NCBI GenBank assembly: GCA_964607485.1
Contig: CAZSKP010000003.1
Span: 96,001 to 160,000, forward strand
Direction: 5' to 3'
Source: an uncultured bacterium
Lineage (GTDB): Bacteria > Abyssobacteria > SURF-5
Length of the DNA: 64,000 nucleotides
The notes beneath the pieces were generated by a model. That model ran no database searches and was not told the DNA's origin. It saw only the letters and a program-made list of their open reading frames with translations. A program made the translations under genes and the position numbers. Positions 38,392 to 48,833 of this stretch are shown piece after piece (positions within the stretch are counted from its first letter, which is position 1; each line of letters starts with the position of its first letter).

Positions 38392-40164
38392 TCAAACCGC
38401 CTGAAGCAAGTCTCTATCTATCTTAACCTCGACCTTCCTCCTGAGGCTGTCGTAATAGTCTTCGAATACCTGCTGTCGCCTTTCCATCAGCATCCTGTTC
38501 TTGATTGCGTCCCTCTGGTCTTCGTACCCGGCGGGGTCGGGTTCTATCTTTTCCTTTAGCTGAACGACGTATGCGGCCGAGGCGCTCATGAACGGACCGG
38601 CGGCCTTTCCTTTGGTCAGCTCGAAGACGGTCTCGACCAGCCCCCTCAGAGGAGGCAGTTCGGGCGGGCGGCCCCGACGGGTGAAGGGAGCGGCCTCCTC
38701 AGCCTTGGGCGCACCGGGGATATCGTCCAGCGAAAGCCCTTTGTCGTTGACGTCTCTCACGATTTCTTCCGCCCTTGTTTTCGCCATCTCCAGAGCCTTC
38801 TCCGTTGTGACCGCCGCTCGGACTTCTTGTTCAACTTCCGACAGTTCCGGTATCCGTTCCGGTATCCGCTTCGTGAGCTGTACCACGTAAAAGGCGTTTT
38901 TCGTTTCGATCACGTCCGAGACGGCCCCCTCGCCCAGCCCGGGGAGTATTTCAGTTATTTCGGGCACCGGCCCGATGTTGGGAATGGCGGCGCTGTTCTC
39001 GACAAACTCGGGCGTGGTTGAAACGTTCAGTTTCAGTGCCGATGCCGCCTGTTCGAGCGAGGAATTCTGCGCGTCGAGCGCCAGTCGCGCGGCCTTTTCC
39101 TCGAGCGAAAGGAGCGTATCGTCGCTCGGTTCGACCTTGATGAGGATGTGACGTGCGCGGACCTCCTTATTCTTGCCCTCGCCCCTCGTTTCCTCAACCT
39201 TGATGATATGGTAGCCGAACGGGGTTTGTATCACGTCGCTTATCTCGCCGGGTTTCATCGAGAAGGCCGCGTCTTCGAACGCTTTCACCATGCGTCCCCT
39301 GGGGAAGAAACCCAGGTCGCCCCCTTTCGACGCCGTGGCGTCGTCGTCGGAATATTTCTCCGCCAGTTCGGCAAAGTCGTCGCCCGCGCGCGCTCTCTCC
39401 AGAACGCTCTCGGCAAACCGTTTCACGTCGGCGTAGTCGAGCGGGCTTGGTTCTTTCTTCAACTCGACATATGAGAGCTTGACCCGGGCAGGCTCGGCGT
39501 ATCGCTTCTTGTTCTGCTCGTAATAAGAGGCGAGGTCGTCCTGTGTGATTTTCACTTTGTCGATGAGGTCGGCTGCCTTGAGCGCTATGAATTCGACCCG
39601 TACCTTTTCGTGTTGGCGTCGATATTCATTCCGTATCTCATCTTCCGTCACGCGGGCCTCGGAACTGACCATATCCGCGAGCCTCTGAATTTTCAGATTT
39701 TCCCTTTCCTGCTCGACAAGCTGGGGCCAGTTGATGCGGGGATTGTTGAGCGATGCGTTCCATTTGGCGGGGTCGAATTTGCCGTCGGTGTAAAAGACCG
39801 GGTTCTTCTTCAGCGTATCCTGCACCTCTTCGTCCGAGACGACGATGCCCAGGCGGTCGACCTGCTGTCTGAGCACTATGTCGCGCACCATCCTGTCCAA
39901 TGCCTGCTGCTTGAGGTTCAGGAGCTTCTCCAATTCGGGCGTATAGTTGGAGCCGAAGTTGGCTCGGGCGGTTTCGCGGAGGTTGTGGAAATAGGCTACG
40001 AATTGCTCCAGCGAAACTTTCTGGTCGCCCACCTTGATCAGCGTGCGTTTCTCCTTACTGCCCATCGTCGGGAATGCGCCCCACAGGATGAACGCCGGCA
40101 CTACGAGCACAATAATGGCGATGAGGAAATTCCTCGTGTTTCTCCGCATGAAATCAAGAAGCAT
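38392..40164 (-). CDS. ppiD: PpiD/SurA-like membrane-anchored peptidyl-prolyl isomerase
   Basis: 'MLLDFMRR' + TM, parvulin 'FAELAEKYSDD..KGGDLGFF..MVKAFEDAAF..TPFGYHIIKV'. Confidence 0.88.
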   Translation of the reverse strand: MLLDFMRRNTRNFLIAIIVLVVPAFILWGAFPTMGSKEKRTLIKVGDQKVSLEQFVAYFHNLRETARANFGSNYTPELEKLLNLKQQALDRMVRDIVLRQQVDRLGIVVSDEEVQDTLKKNPVFYTDGKFDPAKWNASLNNPRINWPQLVEQERENLKIQRLADMVSSEARVTEDEIRNEYRRQHEKVRVEFIALKAADLIDKVKITQDDLASYYEQNKKRYAEPARVKLSYVELKKEPSPLDYADVKRFAESVLERARAGDDFAELAEKYSDDDATASKGGDLGFFPRGRMVKAFEDAAFSMKPGEISDVIQTPFGYHIIKVEETRGEGKNKEVRARHILIKVEPSDDTLLSLEEKAARLALDAQNSSLEQAASALKLNVSTTPEFVENSAAIPNIGPVPEITEILPGLGEGAVSDVIETKNAFYVVQLTKRIPERIPELSEVEQEVRAAVTTEKALEMAKTRAEEIVRDVNDKGLSLDDIPGAPKAEEAAPFTRRGRPPELPPLRGLVETVFELTKGKAAGPFMSASAAYVVQLKEKIEPDPAGYEDQRDAIKNRMLMERRQQVFEDYYDSLRRKVEVKIDRDLLQAV

Positions 40165-40298
40165 AGTGAGTTTATCTCCGAATTGCTGCCTGCGATAAAT
40201 AACCGTTACGTATCCTGAATACGATGTTATTATAGCTTTTCAACGATGCTTTTGCAATCTCTCAATCGGTCCCACCGCTCCGAAGATTGCTGTGCCGA

Positions 40299-40327
40299 TT
40301 GAAATTTGGCTGCGACAGTGCTAGAAT
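40299..40327 (+). promoter_or_regulatory. sigma70 promoter of yqeY-ilvD
   Basis: TTGAAA-17 nt-TAGAAT with TG extension. Confidence 0.6.
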
Positions 40328-40370
40328 GACGCCCGTCGCGCAAGACACAAACCATACCGGAGAACCCGTC

Positions 40371-40826
40371 ATGACAATAAAGGAAAAGGTCGAGGCCGGA
40401 ATAAAGGACGCGATGAAACACAAGCAGCAGGAACGACTCTCCGCCCTGAGAATGATCAAAGCCGAATTCCTGCTGAAGGAAAAGGAAGCGGGCAAATCTC
40501 TGGACGATTCCGCCGCCGACCAGGCGCTTCAAAAGATGCTCCGGAAATACAAGAAGGCGAAGGAAGAATACGTTTCGCTCGGCAAACGCGACGAGGCCGA
40601 GCACTACGAGCGCGACATGAAGGTCATCGAGAGTTTCATGTCGGCTCCGATGATGGATGAGGGCCAGATAAAACAGGCGCTGGAGGCTCTCGTGACCGAG
40701 CTGAACGCGACCGGGCCCAAAGATTTCGGCAGCGTAATGAAGGCGTTCATGTCCGCTCATTCCAACGCGGACGGCAGAGCTGTCTCGTCAATGCTGAAAG
40801 AAATCTTGAACAAGAAATCGGAGTAG
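40371..40826 (+). CDS. GatB/YqeY domain protein
   Basis: '[16 protein letters not shown]', '[17 protein letters not shown]'. Confidence 0.9.
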   Translation: MTIKEKVEAGIKDAMKHKQQERLSALRMIKAEFLLKEKEAGKSLDDSAADQALQKMLRKYKKAKEEYVSLGKRDEAEHYERDMKVIESFMSAPMMDEGQIKQALEALVTELNATGPKDFGSVMKAFMSAHSNADGRAVSSMLKEILNKKSE

Positions 40827-40876
40827 CGCGCGGCCCGACTATCGGGCAGATTCATTTCTCCTGTTTTCAATCGCCC

Positions 40877-42532
40877 ATGAAAACGTACGATCCGCAGAAG
40901 GTGTACCTTCGAGCCCTCTACAAGGCGGCCGGATATTCCGACGAAGATTTGAAGAAACCGCTGATAGCGGTCGCCAACTCCTGGTCGGAACTGAACCCCG
41001 GCCACTCTCATCTCCGAGAAATCGCCGACCGGGTGAAAGAGGGCATATGGGAAGCGGGCGGCATGCCCGCCGAATTCAATACCATCGGCCCATGCGACGG
41101 CATCGCGCAGGGTCGGGGGATGCACTGCGTGCTTCCGTCGCGCGACGTCGTGGCGGCCTCGGTAGAACTGATGGCGGGCGCTCACCGGGCCGACGGGCTG
41201 GTGCTCATCGGCTCATGCGACAAGATCATCCCCGGCATGCTCATGGCCGCGCTTCGGCTCGACGTTCCCTCCATTTTCTTCACGGGCGGCATCATGCAGC
41301 CGCGCGGCGACATGGTGACCTGCGACATCAAGGAAGCCATCGGAGAGTTCTCCGCCGGAAAGATAACCCGAGAGGAACTCGAAGAGATCGAATCGACCAC
41401 GTGCGCCAGCGTCGGCGCGTGCAACATGATGGGGACCGCCAGCACGATGTGCTGTCTGCTCGAGGCCTTGGGGCTCGCGCTTCCCGGAACGGCCACCCTT
41501 TCCGCCGTTGACCCCGCCCGGTCGCGGCTGGCGCGCGCGGCCGGAAAGCAAATCGTCGGGCTCGTCAAGAAGAAGATGAAGCCATTGAGCATCGTGACGC
41601 GTGCGTCGCTTGAGAATGCAATCCGCGTGCTTCTCGCATTCGGGGGCTCGACAAACGCGCTGCTGCATCTGCCGGCCATCGCCGCCGAACTTGGCATAAA
41701 ACTGTCGCTGGACGAATTCGACCGGCTCAGCCGGTCCACCCCGCTGCTGTGCAGGTTCAAGCCCGCCTCGCCGTTCAATCTGCTCGACTTCCACGAGGCC
41801 GGCGGCATGCCCGCGCTGATGCGGGAGCTCGCGCCTCTCCTCCATCTGGACCGGATGACCGTCTCGGGAAGAACGCTGAAACAGATTACTCGCTCCGCGC
41901 GCGTGCACGTGAGAGAGGTCATCGCTTCTCTCGACAGGCCCCTGGCGAAAGAGGGCGGCATCGCCATCCTTCGCGGCAACCTCGCGCCGGAGGGCGCCGT
42001 CGTCAAGACGAGCGGCGTCGGCCGGAAGATGCTGACGCACAGAGGGCCCGCCGTGGTGTTCGAATGCGAGGAGGACGTGCGCGACCACTTGATGAAGCGC
42101 CGGGTGAAGCCGGGCAGCGTGCTCGTCATAAGGTATGAAGGTCCGAAGGGAGGTCCGGGCATGCGAGAGATGTCCATTCCAGCGGCGATGCTCGTCGGAA
42201 TGGGACTGAGCGACTCGGTCGCGATGGTGACCGATGGACGCTATTCGGGCGCGACACGCGGGCCGTGCATCGGCCACGTGTGCCCCGAGGCGGCAAGCGG
42301 AGGCCCGATAGCAATTGTCAGGAACGGCGACATGATCGAGATCGACATTCCGGGAAGAAAACTCAACGTCGATCTCACGAGATCCGAAATCTCGAAGCGG
42401 CTGAAGAAATGGAAACCGCCGGAGCCGAAAATGGACAAGGGGTTCCTAGGCATCTATCAGCAAATTGTCGGAAGCGCGTCGGATGGCGCACGGCTCGGCG
42501 AGGCACATCCAAAGCGGAGGTCCAAGAAATGA
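40877..42532 (+). CDS. ilvD: IlvD/Edd family dehydratase
   Basis: '[10 protein letters not shown]', 'CDGIAQG', 'CDKIIPG', 'GGSTN', '[13 protein letters not shown]', 'TDGRYSG'. Confidence 0.9.
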   Translation: MKTYDPQKVYLRALYKAAGYSDEDLKKPLIAVANSWSELNPGHSHLREIADRVKEGIWEAGGMPAEFNTIGPCDGIAQGRGMHCVLPSRDVVAASVELMAGAHRADGLVLIGSCDKIIPGMLMAALRLDVPSIFFTGGIMQPRGDMVTCDIKEAIGEFSAGKITREELEEIESTTCASVGACNMMGTASTMCCLLEALGLALPGTATLSAVDPARSRLARAAGKQIVGLVKKKMKPLSIVTRASLENAIRVLLAFGGSTNALLHLPAIAAELGIKLSLDEFDRLSRSTPLLCRFKPASPFNLLDFHEAGGMPALMRELAPLLHLDRMTVSGRTLKQITRSARVHVREVIASLDRPLAKEGGIAILRGNLAPEGAVVKTSGVGRKMLTHRGPAVVFECEEDVRDHLMKRRVKPGSVLVIRYEGPKGGPGMREMSIPAAMLVGMGLSDSVAMVTDGRYSGATRGPCIGHVCPEAASGGPIAIVRNGDMIEIDIPGRKLNVDLTRSEISKRLKKWKPPEPKMDKGFLGIYQQIVGSASDGARLGEAHPKRRSKK

Positions 42533-44328
42533 AGATGACCGGTGGCGAAATCGTCGTCGAATATCTGGTGAGAGAAAACGTGCCCTACGCCGTCGGAATA
42601 CCCGGCCACGGATGCCTCGCGCTCGTTGACGCGCTGATGAAGGCGAAAGAGAAAATCTCCGTGCTGCAGGTGCGTCAGGAGATGAGCGCCGTCCACCTGG
42701 CCGACGGCTACTACCGCGTCTCGGGCAAGCCGCTGGCCGTGTTCACCTCCATCGGGCCGGGCGCGATCAACACCGCCATCGGACTCGCGACGGCGTTCGT
42801 CGATTCGACCGCCGTGCTCGCGCTCACGGGCGACACGCACGTGCACATGTTCGGGCGGGGCGTCCTGCAGGAAATCGAGCGCACGCACAGCGCGAACTTT
42901 CCGCGAGTGCTCGAGCCGATTGTCAAGCGCTACTGGCAGGCGGTGAGCGCCGAGCAGTTACCGCACATCATGCAGCGCGCCTTCAGCCAGATGCTCTGCG
43001 GGCGGCGAGGGCCGGTGCTCATCGACCTTCCGATGGATGTGCAGGCGGATTCGGCGGACGTGAAAATGCCAAGCCCCGGGGAACGCAAGTGCTCCGCGCG
43101 GGTGAAGCCCGACCCGGCGTCCATCGAGCAGGCCGCTCGTCTGCTGCTCTCGGCAAAGAGGCCGGTGATACTCGCCGGCGGCGGAGTGATCGCGTCGGAG
43201 GCGTGGGAGGAATTGAAGACGCTGGCCGAATACATCGGCGCCGCCGTCGTGACGACGATGATGGGCAAGAGCTGTTTTCCCGAAAATCATCCGCTCTACG
43301 GATGGCATGCCGGCAGCAAGGGCACGACGGTCGGCAACACGCTGTGCTCGCGGGCCGACGTGTTGCTCGCGGTCGGTTGCCGCTTCGCGGACGAGACGGC
43401 GTCGTCGTACCGGCACGGCGTGAGCTTCGCCATTCCGCCGACGAAATTGATACACGCCGACATCGACGCCGCGGAGATCGGAAAAAATTATCCCGTCGAG
43501 GTCGGCATCGTCGGCGACGCCAAGAGCACCCTGACCGACCTGCTCAACGCCATCGTCCGGGAAGCCCCGAAGCGCATCAAGAAGAAAGCGGAATACTACG
43601 GCGAGATACAGGCGCTCAGGAAGAAATGGCTGACCGCCGTCGCCAAGCTGCAGAACGCCGACCGCACGCCGCCGACCATCTCGCGCGCGCTCAAGGAACT
43701 GCGGGATGAATTGCCGGAGGAGGCGATCGTCGCGTGCTCGTCGGGCAACTCGCAGGCGCAGATTCTGCAGGAATTCCCTTTCACGAAGCCGAAGACGCTG
43801 CTGACGACGGGCGGCTTCTCGACGATGGGCTGGGCGCTGCCCGCCGCGATGGGCGCGAAACTCGCCAAGCCCGACGTGCCCGTGGTGGCCGCCATCGGCG
43901 ACGGCGACTTCATGATGACGATGCAGGAGATGGCGACTGCCGTGCAGTACGGCATCCCCGTCGTCGTGTTCCTCGTGAACAATTCCGGCTGGATTTCGAT
44001 CAAGGATTTGCAGATGGCCGCATTCGGCAAGGACCGCGCGTATGCGACCGATTTCGAGAAGGGCGGCAAGCCGTACACGCCCGATTTCAGGAAGGTCGCC
44101 GAGGCGTTCGGCTGTCACGCCGAGCGTGCGGAGAAGGCCGCGCAGATACGGCCGGCGCTCAAGCGCGCGCTCGCGAGCGGCAAGCCGGCCGTCGTCGAGG
44201 TCATCGTCAACCGCCAGTATCCGCACACCGGCAGCCCGGCCGTCGGCTGGTGGGACGTACCCATCCCGACCTACCTCAGGGCCCAGCGCAAGGAATACGA
44301 GAAAGCACGCAAGGAAGAGGTGCTTTGA
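42529..44328 (+). CDS. Thiamine diphosphate-dependent enzyme (acetolactate synthase-like superfamily)
   Basis: '[11 protein letters not shown]', '[13 protein letters not shown]', 'TSIGPG', ThDP motif 'GDGDFMM...NN'. Confidence 0.92.
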   Translation: MKMTGGEIVVEYLVRENVPYAVGIPGHGCLALVDALMKAKEKISVLQVRQEMSAVHLADGYYRVSGKPLAVFTSIGPGAINTAIGLATAFVDSTAVLALTGDTHVHMFGRGVLQEIERTHSANFPRVLEPIVKRYWQAVSAEQLPHIMQRAFSQMLCGRRGPVLIDLPMDVQADSADVKMPSPGERKCSARVKPDPASIEQAARLLLSAKRPVILAGGGVIASEAWEELKTLAEYIGAAVVTTMMGKSCFPENHPLYGWHAGSKGTTVGNTLCSRADVLLAVGCRFADETASSYRHGVSFAIPPTKLIHADIDAAEIGKNYPVEVGIVGDAKSTLTDLLNAIVREAPKRIKKKAEYYGEIQALRKKWLTAVAKLQNADRTPPTISRALKELRDELPEEAIVACSSGNSQAQILQEFPFTKPKTLLTTGGFSTMGWALPAAMGAKLAKPDVPVVAAIGDGDFMMTMQEMATAVQYGIPVVVFLVNNSGWISIKDLQMAAFGKDRAYATDFEKGGKPYTPDFRKVAEAFGCHAERAEKAAQIRPALKRALASGKPAVVEVIVNRQYPHTGSPAVGWWDVPIPTYLRAQRKEYEKARKEEVL

Positions 44329-44400
44329 TGCTTACAGAAACCAAACCTTCGAGTTACTGGGTCTCCATCCGCGGATTTCGCAGATCGACGCAGATTCTGC

Positions 44401-45015
44401 ATGGCTAATCCCTGGGATGACATATTCAAGAAAGAGGGGGCATTCTTCGTCGAGCCGCATGAGGACATACCGGGAATTGTCGACCTGTTGAAGCAAAATG
44501 CGGCGGATACCGTGCTGGACCTTGGTTGCGGCTCGGGGAGGCACACCGTGTATCTCGCAAAGAGCGGATTTTCAGTCTTCGGCCTGGATGAGTCACCGGA
44601 GGGAATCGAGATAACCTGCAGACGGCTTGCCAACGAGGGGCTCGCCGCCGACCTGCAGATCCGGAGCATGACCGAGAAGCTACCCTATGACAACGCATCT
44701 TTAGACGCGGTCATTTCCGTACAGGTCATTCATCACGCCAGGGTGGCGGCAATCAGGGGTATCGTCGGCGAGATAGCGCGCGTGCTCAAGAGAGGCGGAT
44801 TCGTGTTCGTTACGGTTCCGAAAATCAGGGTTCAAGGAATAACATTCAAGGAAGTCGAGCCTGGCACGTTCATCCCGCTCGATGGCATAGAGAAAGGGCT
44901 GCCACACCACTACTTCACAGCCGAAGAACTCCGTGAGCTATTCAGCGACTTCAACGTGACGGACATCCATCTTGACACGACGGCCCACTATTGCCTGTCG
45001 GCGTTCAAGCAGTGA
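44401..45015 (+). CDS. Class I SAM-dependent methyltransferase
   Basis: 'VLDLGCGSGRH', 'VIHH', 'RVLKRGG'. Confidence 0.9.
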   Translation: MANPWDDIFKKEGAFFVEPHEDIPGIVDLLKQNAADTVLDLGCGSGRHTVYLAKSGFSVFGLDESPEGIEITCRRLANEGLAADLQIRSMTEKLPYDNASLDAVISVQVIHHARVAAIRGIVGEIARVLKRGGFVFVTVPKIRVQGITFKEVEPGTFIPLDGIEKGLPHHYFTAEELRELFSDFNVTDIHLDTTAHYCLSAFKQ

Positions 45016-45026
45016 TATCGGCGGTC

Positions 45027-45485
45027 TCACTGCTCCCATTTCTGCAGCTCTATGATGTTGCCTTCGGGGTCAGCGAGATAGACGAAGGTGATCTTGCCTG
45101 CCTCGGGAATCTCGGTGGTCACGATTTTCCCGACATCCCTGCCACCAGTGGCGAGGACGGCGTCACGTGCGGCCTGCACGTCATCAACGGCGAACGCGAT
45201 ATGTCCGAAGCCGGGCCGATTGGCGGCGGTCTGCTGTCCCGGCGCGGCATTGGCGTACTGGAACACCTCGAGCGTCGGGCCTTCGTCACCGAAGCCGGGA
45301 AGCCGGAGATGCACGCCTTTGATCTCGGCGTCGGCGACACCCGTGGCATCATCGAGCCATCGCCCGCTTATCTTTCTCTCCGGGGGCACAGGCTTGCAGC
45401 CGAAAACCCGCACATAGAACTCGGCGAGCTTTCTCCAGTCCCTCGCGACGAGATTGGTATGGACGTATTTCGCCTTAATGCCCAA
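45027..45485 (-). CDS. VOC/glyoxalase family protein
   Basis: 'YVHTNL', 'GHIAFAVDD', 'DPEGNIIELQ'. Confidence 0.92.
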   Translation of the reverse strand: MGIKAKYVHTNLVARDWRKLAEFYVRVFGCKPVPPERKISGRWLDDATGVADAEIKGVHLRLPGFGDEGPTLEVFQYANAAPGQQTAANRPGFGHIAFAVDDVQAARDAVLATGGRDVGKIVTTEIPEAGKITFVYLADPEGNIIELQKWEQ

Positions 45486-45513
45486 TCCCGATTCCCCTCT
45501 CAGCGCCGCCGGC

Positions 45514-46689
45514 TCAATGATCGATTATCGTGGTTTCGATCTGGGTTTTGGTAAGGACCTCGCTGCCGTCGTTGGTGATGACGACGGGGCATTCGAGACG
45601 CATGCCGCCGACGCCCGGCCTGTTTATCACGAGCGCCGCCACCTCGGCCATGTTGGGCTCGAAGGTGAGGTGAGCGAACTCCTCGCCGCTCGTTATTGCG
45701 GGATACCACTCGTGGCCGACGATGCCGATGCCGTGGCCGAACGCGGCGAGCGCGTACTGGACGTAGCCGATGGAGCTCAGGTGGTCCATCATCTCCTGCC
45801 AGATGTCGCCGATGCGCGCGCCTTTCGTGATCTTCTTGAGCAACAGGCTGGCCGTGCCCTCGTATGCCTTCGCGAGGTCTTCCTGCTCCTTGGTGGGTGT
45901 GCCGATGATGTAGTTGTGCGAGAGGTCGGCGTAGTAGTGGCCGTAGGTGCTGTGGAGATCGACGAGCAGGTTGTCGCCCGGCTGAAGGATGCGGTCGGTT
46001 GGCGGAGTGCAGCCGCACTGCGTGTAGGCGGTCCGCTCGCCCGAAGCGATCTCGTTGCTGCCGGTGATGGGCCAGTGAAATTCGCTGCCGAGTTGACGCA
46101 TCGCGAGCTCGCCGATGCCGGCTACCTCGAGCTCGGTCAGGCCCGGGCGCAGGTGTTCCTTCACCACTTCCTGAGCGGCGTCGCATATGGCGGCCGCGCG
46201 CTTCATCAGCGCTATCTCGCCCGGCTCCTTCACGACGGAGACCTTGTCGATGACGCTGAGCGCGTCCGCGAACCGCGCCTTCGGCAAGTCTCTCCGCAGC
46301 ATGTCGTATTCGGTCGCCCACAGGTATCCGGCGGCAAGCCGGGGCGACTGGCCCAGCTCGACCCCGACCGTCTTCTCAGCGTAGCCCCAGTCCTTGATGC
46401 GCGCGATCGCCTGCTCCATCAGTGAGAAACCGGGCATGACGGGCCCGGAGCCGACGACTTGCTCGCCCAGCCATGACTCGGCCTTCACACGCTCGAAGTC
46501 CATGAGGAGCGTGTTCACCTCGATGCGTCCGTCCGAGGCGACGAGCGCGTAACTCCTCCACGGGACGAATGCGCCGCTTATGTAGCAGACGCTCTTCTCG
46601 CGGGTCGCGAGCAGTATGTCCACACCCTCCTCGGCCATCTGCCTGCGTATTCGTTCCATTCGCGCGGGGTAGTCGAGATATATCTGCAT
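45514..46689 (-). CDS. M24 (Xaa-Pro peptidase/creatinase) family protein
   Basis: Creatinase_N domain, 'KEPGEI', 'VDL..YYADLS', 'GHGIG..HE', 'GGMRLE'. Confidence 0.88.
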   Translation of the reverse strand: MQIYLDYPARMERIRRQMAEEGVDILLATREKSVCYISGAFVPWRSYALVASDGRIEVNTLLMDFERVKAESWLGEQVVGSGPVMPGFSLMEQAIARIKDWGYAEKTVGVELGQSPRLAAGYLWATEYDMLRRDLPKARFADALSVIDKVSVVKEPGEIALMKRAAAICDAAQEVVKEHLRPGLTELEVAGIGELAMRQLGSEFHWPITGSNEIASGERTAYTQCGCTPPTDRILQPGDNLLVDLHSTYGHYYADLSHNYIIGTPTKEQEDLAKAYEGTASLLLKKITKGARIGDIWQEMMDHLSSIGYVQYALAAFGHGIGIVGHEWYPAITSGEEFAHLTFEPNMAEVAALVINRPGVGGMRLECPVVITNDGSEVLTKTQIETTIIDH

Positions 46690-46752
46690 ATGAGAGTCCT
46701 CCTCCAGAGGAAGCTTGTTCGGGCTGGGACAAGAGTTCGGTGGGTCAGCGCG

Positions 46753-46781
46753 ATTATACCACGCCGCGGGCCGGTTTTCAA
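46753..46781 (-). promoter_or_regulatory. sigma70 promoter of the M24 gene
   Basis: TTGAAA-17 nt-TATAAT with TG extension on the minus strand. Confidence 0.7.
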
Positions 46782-46895
46782 TACTTTCGCCGTCGGGATT
46801 GAACGCGCCGGGCCAATGTGCTAACGTTTCTGCTGGAGGGAATGGCCTCGTCCTCCAGAGTTGGATATGGTCTCACGGCTCGGTCTATAGCAAGA

Positions 46896-46997
46896 TTGTC
46901 ATTCTGAGTGCAGCGAAGAATCTCTGTTGAACCAACGCATTCGAGATGAACATGAGATCCTTCACTCGGGCCTGTGGCCCTTCGTTCAGGATGACAA
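46896..46997. repeat. REP-like palindromic intergenic element
   Basis: Terminal inverted repeat TTGTCATTCTGA ... TCAGGATGACAA with inner GAAGAATCTC / GAGATCCTTC arms. Confidence 0.8.
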
Positions 46998-47048
46998 CAG
47001 CGGTTGAGGTGTGACGACACGCTGCCACAAGAGCACTTTCGAAACGCT

Positions 47049-48029
47049 ATGCATCCACGGTACGTGTTCATCGTAAATCCCCGTTCCGGCGCGGGCAAGG
47101 GTGAGAGAGTCGCTGAGACGCTCGACAAGGTGCTCGCCGAGCACCCCATCCTCCGTGAGGGGATGGGGCAGATATTCACGGTTGATGAGCTCGACGCCGG
47201 CAGGCTGTGCCGTGTCCTGGCGGGCGCTGAGGCGGTCGTCGCGGTGGGCGGCGACGGAACCGTCAGCTATCTCCTGCCCCACATCCTGGCGTGCGAATCG
47301 CCGCCGGCGCTCGGCCTGATCCCTCTGGGAACGAGCAACGACCTCGCACGGGCGCTCGGCGTGTCCGTACGCGCCGACTACACCGACGCCGAGACCCTCC
47401 GGAGGACGCTCGACGGATTTTTGGATGCCCGCCACGAAAACCTCGACGTGCTGAGCGTGAACCAGGGGAGATTTTTCTGCAACTATCTCGGCATCGGCTT
47501 CGACGCCGCCATCGTGAGGGATTTCGACGACGTTCGCACTTCGCGCTTGGCGAAACTGCTTCCGCCCGGCCGGCTCACGAACAATCTGTTGTACTTCCTT
47601 TTGGGACTAAAGAACGCCGGTTTCTACCTGAAGCCGCCCGTGGAAATCGCTTACGGCAACGAGCAGGGAGACCATCGCACGGGAATAGATTCTCCGTGCC
47701 GAGCGATAATCGTCAGCAACCTGCCGGTGTACGCAGGCGGATGTCCCATCAGTCCCGACGCCAGAACGGATGACGGTCTCTTCGAGATGACGCTCGTCCG
47801 CACTATCTGGCAATTCATACTGCTGATACTCAGCAGGTTCCTTCCATTCGTGCGCCTTCCGCGCCGCGTGGCGCGGTATCGGGCGCGGTGGGCGACAATT
47901 CGCCTCACTTCGCCTGCGCCGTTCCAGATCGACGGTGAGAAAGGTTCCGACGCCGACGCCCTCATGCCCAGCCTGAACATATCTATCCACGCCAGCCTGC
48001 ATGTTCTGACGCCCCGCCGGCCTATGTAA
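47049..48029 (+). CDS. Diacylglycerol kinase-family lipid kinase (YegS/DAGK)
   Basis: 'IVNPRSG', 'GGDGTV', 'PLGTSNDLA', 'GFDA', 'DDGLFE', 'QIDGE'. Confidence 0.92.
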   Translation: MHPRYVFIVNPRSGAGKGERVAETLDKVLAEHPILREGMGQIFTVDELDAGRLCRVLAGAEAVVAVGGDGTVSYLLPHILACESPPALGLIPLGTSNDLARALGVSVRADYTDAETLRRTLDGFLDARHENLDVLSVNQGRFFCNYLGIGFDAAIVRDFDDVRTSRLAKLLPPGRLTNNLLYFLLGLKNAGFYLKPPVEIAYGNEQGDHRTGIDSPCRAIIVSNLPVYAGGCPISPDARTDDGLFEMTLVRTIWQFILLILSRFLPFVRLPRRVARYRARWATIRLTSPAPFQIDGEKGSDADALMPSLNISIHASLHVLTPRRPM

Positions 48030-48115
48030 GCATGATTACAGAACGAATCGCCCAAATGTTTGAAACTGAGTAGTGAAGAGCACAATGATTTTCATAAGAA
48101 TAAGGTGATTTATAG

Positions 48116-48613
48116 ATGCTGTCATTCATAAACATGACATGTCCGGCGTGCGAATCGGTGTACACGCTATCTATTGAAGAACTGAACGTCCTCGTGCTCT
48201 TCAAATGCTTCGAGTGCGGGCAGCACAACCTGTATGTGGCCGGGCACGTCCTCGAACTCGACCAGCAGATAATGAACGAAGGCACCGACGAGGAAAAGAG
48301 AAATCATGTCGTTGAAACCGCCCAGTTCTTCGCCTGCGATTTTGCCGGAAACGTGCTGAGCAATGTTGACCGCGTGGTAAACGTCAATGTGGAAATCGCC
48401 CTGCAAGAGGCCAAGCAGCCCAAGAAGAAACGGGTCAAGAAGAAGAGCGAGCGAAGAAAGAAGATTTCGGCGCCACAGCTTCTGCCCTCGGTCAAACACG
48501 CCGATGCCCCCATGATCACCATCGAAGAAGTGCGCGACTTTGTGAAAATCGACCTGCAACTCATCGACAAAGAGTGTTACTTCAACAAATTCTTTGGCGG
48601 CGAGAACAATTAG
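48116..48613 (+). CDS. Hypothetical protein with N-terminal CxxC...CxxC zinc ribbon
   Basis: 'CPAC' and 'CFEC'; Lys/Arg-rich internal segment. Confidence 0.7.
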   Translation: MLSFINMTCPACESVYTLSIEELNVLVLFKCFECGQHNLYVAGHVLELDQQIMNEGTDEEKRNHVVETAQFFACDFAGNVLSNVDRVVNVNVEIALQEAKQPKKKRVKKKSERRKKISAPQLLPSVKHADAPMITIEEVRDFVKIDLQLIDKECYFNKFFGGENN

Positions 48614-48755
48614 TCTCCTTCCATTTGCCAAGACCATCCCTTGAAGCTTCGAGCCGAGCGCCATATGTGAGAATCGGCCCCACAAGCCCGAGACGCTCTC
48701 TGTTGCAACCATCCATTGTCAAAGGCGTTAGCCAATTTCGCGATTTCAGAGCAAT

Positions 48756-48784
48756 TTGACAAATTACCGGGGCGTGGCTATAAT
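48756..48784 (+). promoter_or_regulatory. Perfect-consensus sigma70 promoter of yicC-remA-gmk-rpoZ-coaBC
   Basis: TTGACA-17 nt-TATAAT. Confidence 0.9.
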
Positions 48785-48833
48785 CCATTGTGCTGGCAAC
48801 CGTGTTGATTGTCTGTACTTGTCGGAGAGACGC

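Noticed and set aside
41182-44226. Long antisense and alternate-frame ORFs over ilvD and the ThDP gene (and similar ones elsewhere)
   Set aside because: Expected shadow ORFs of high-GC coding sequence
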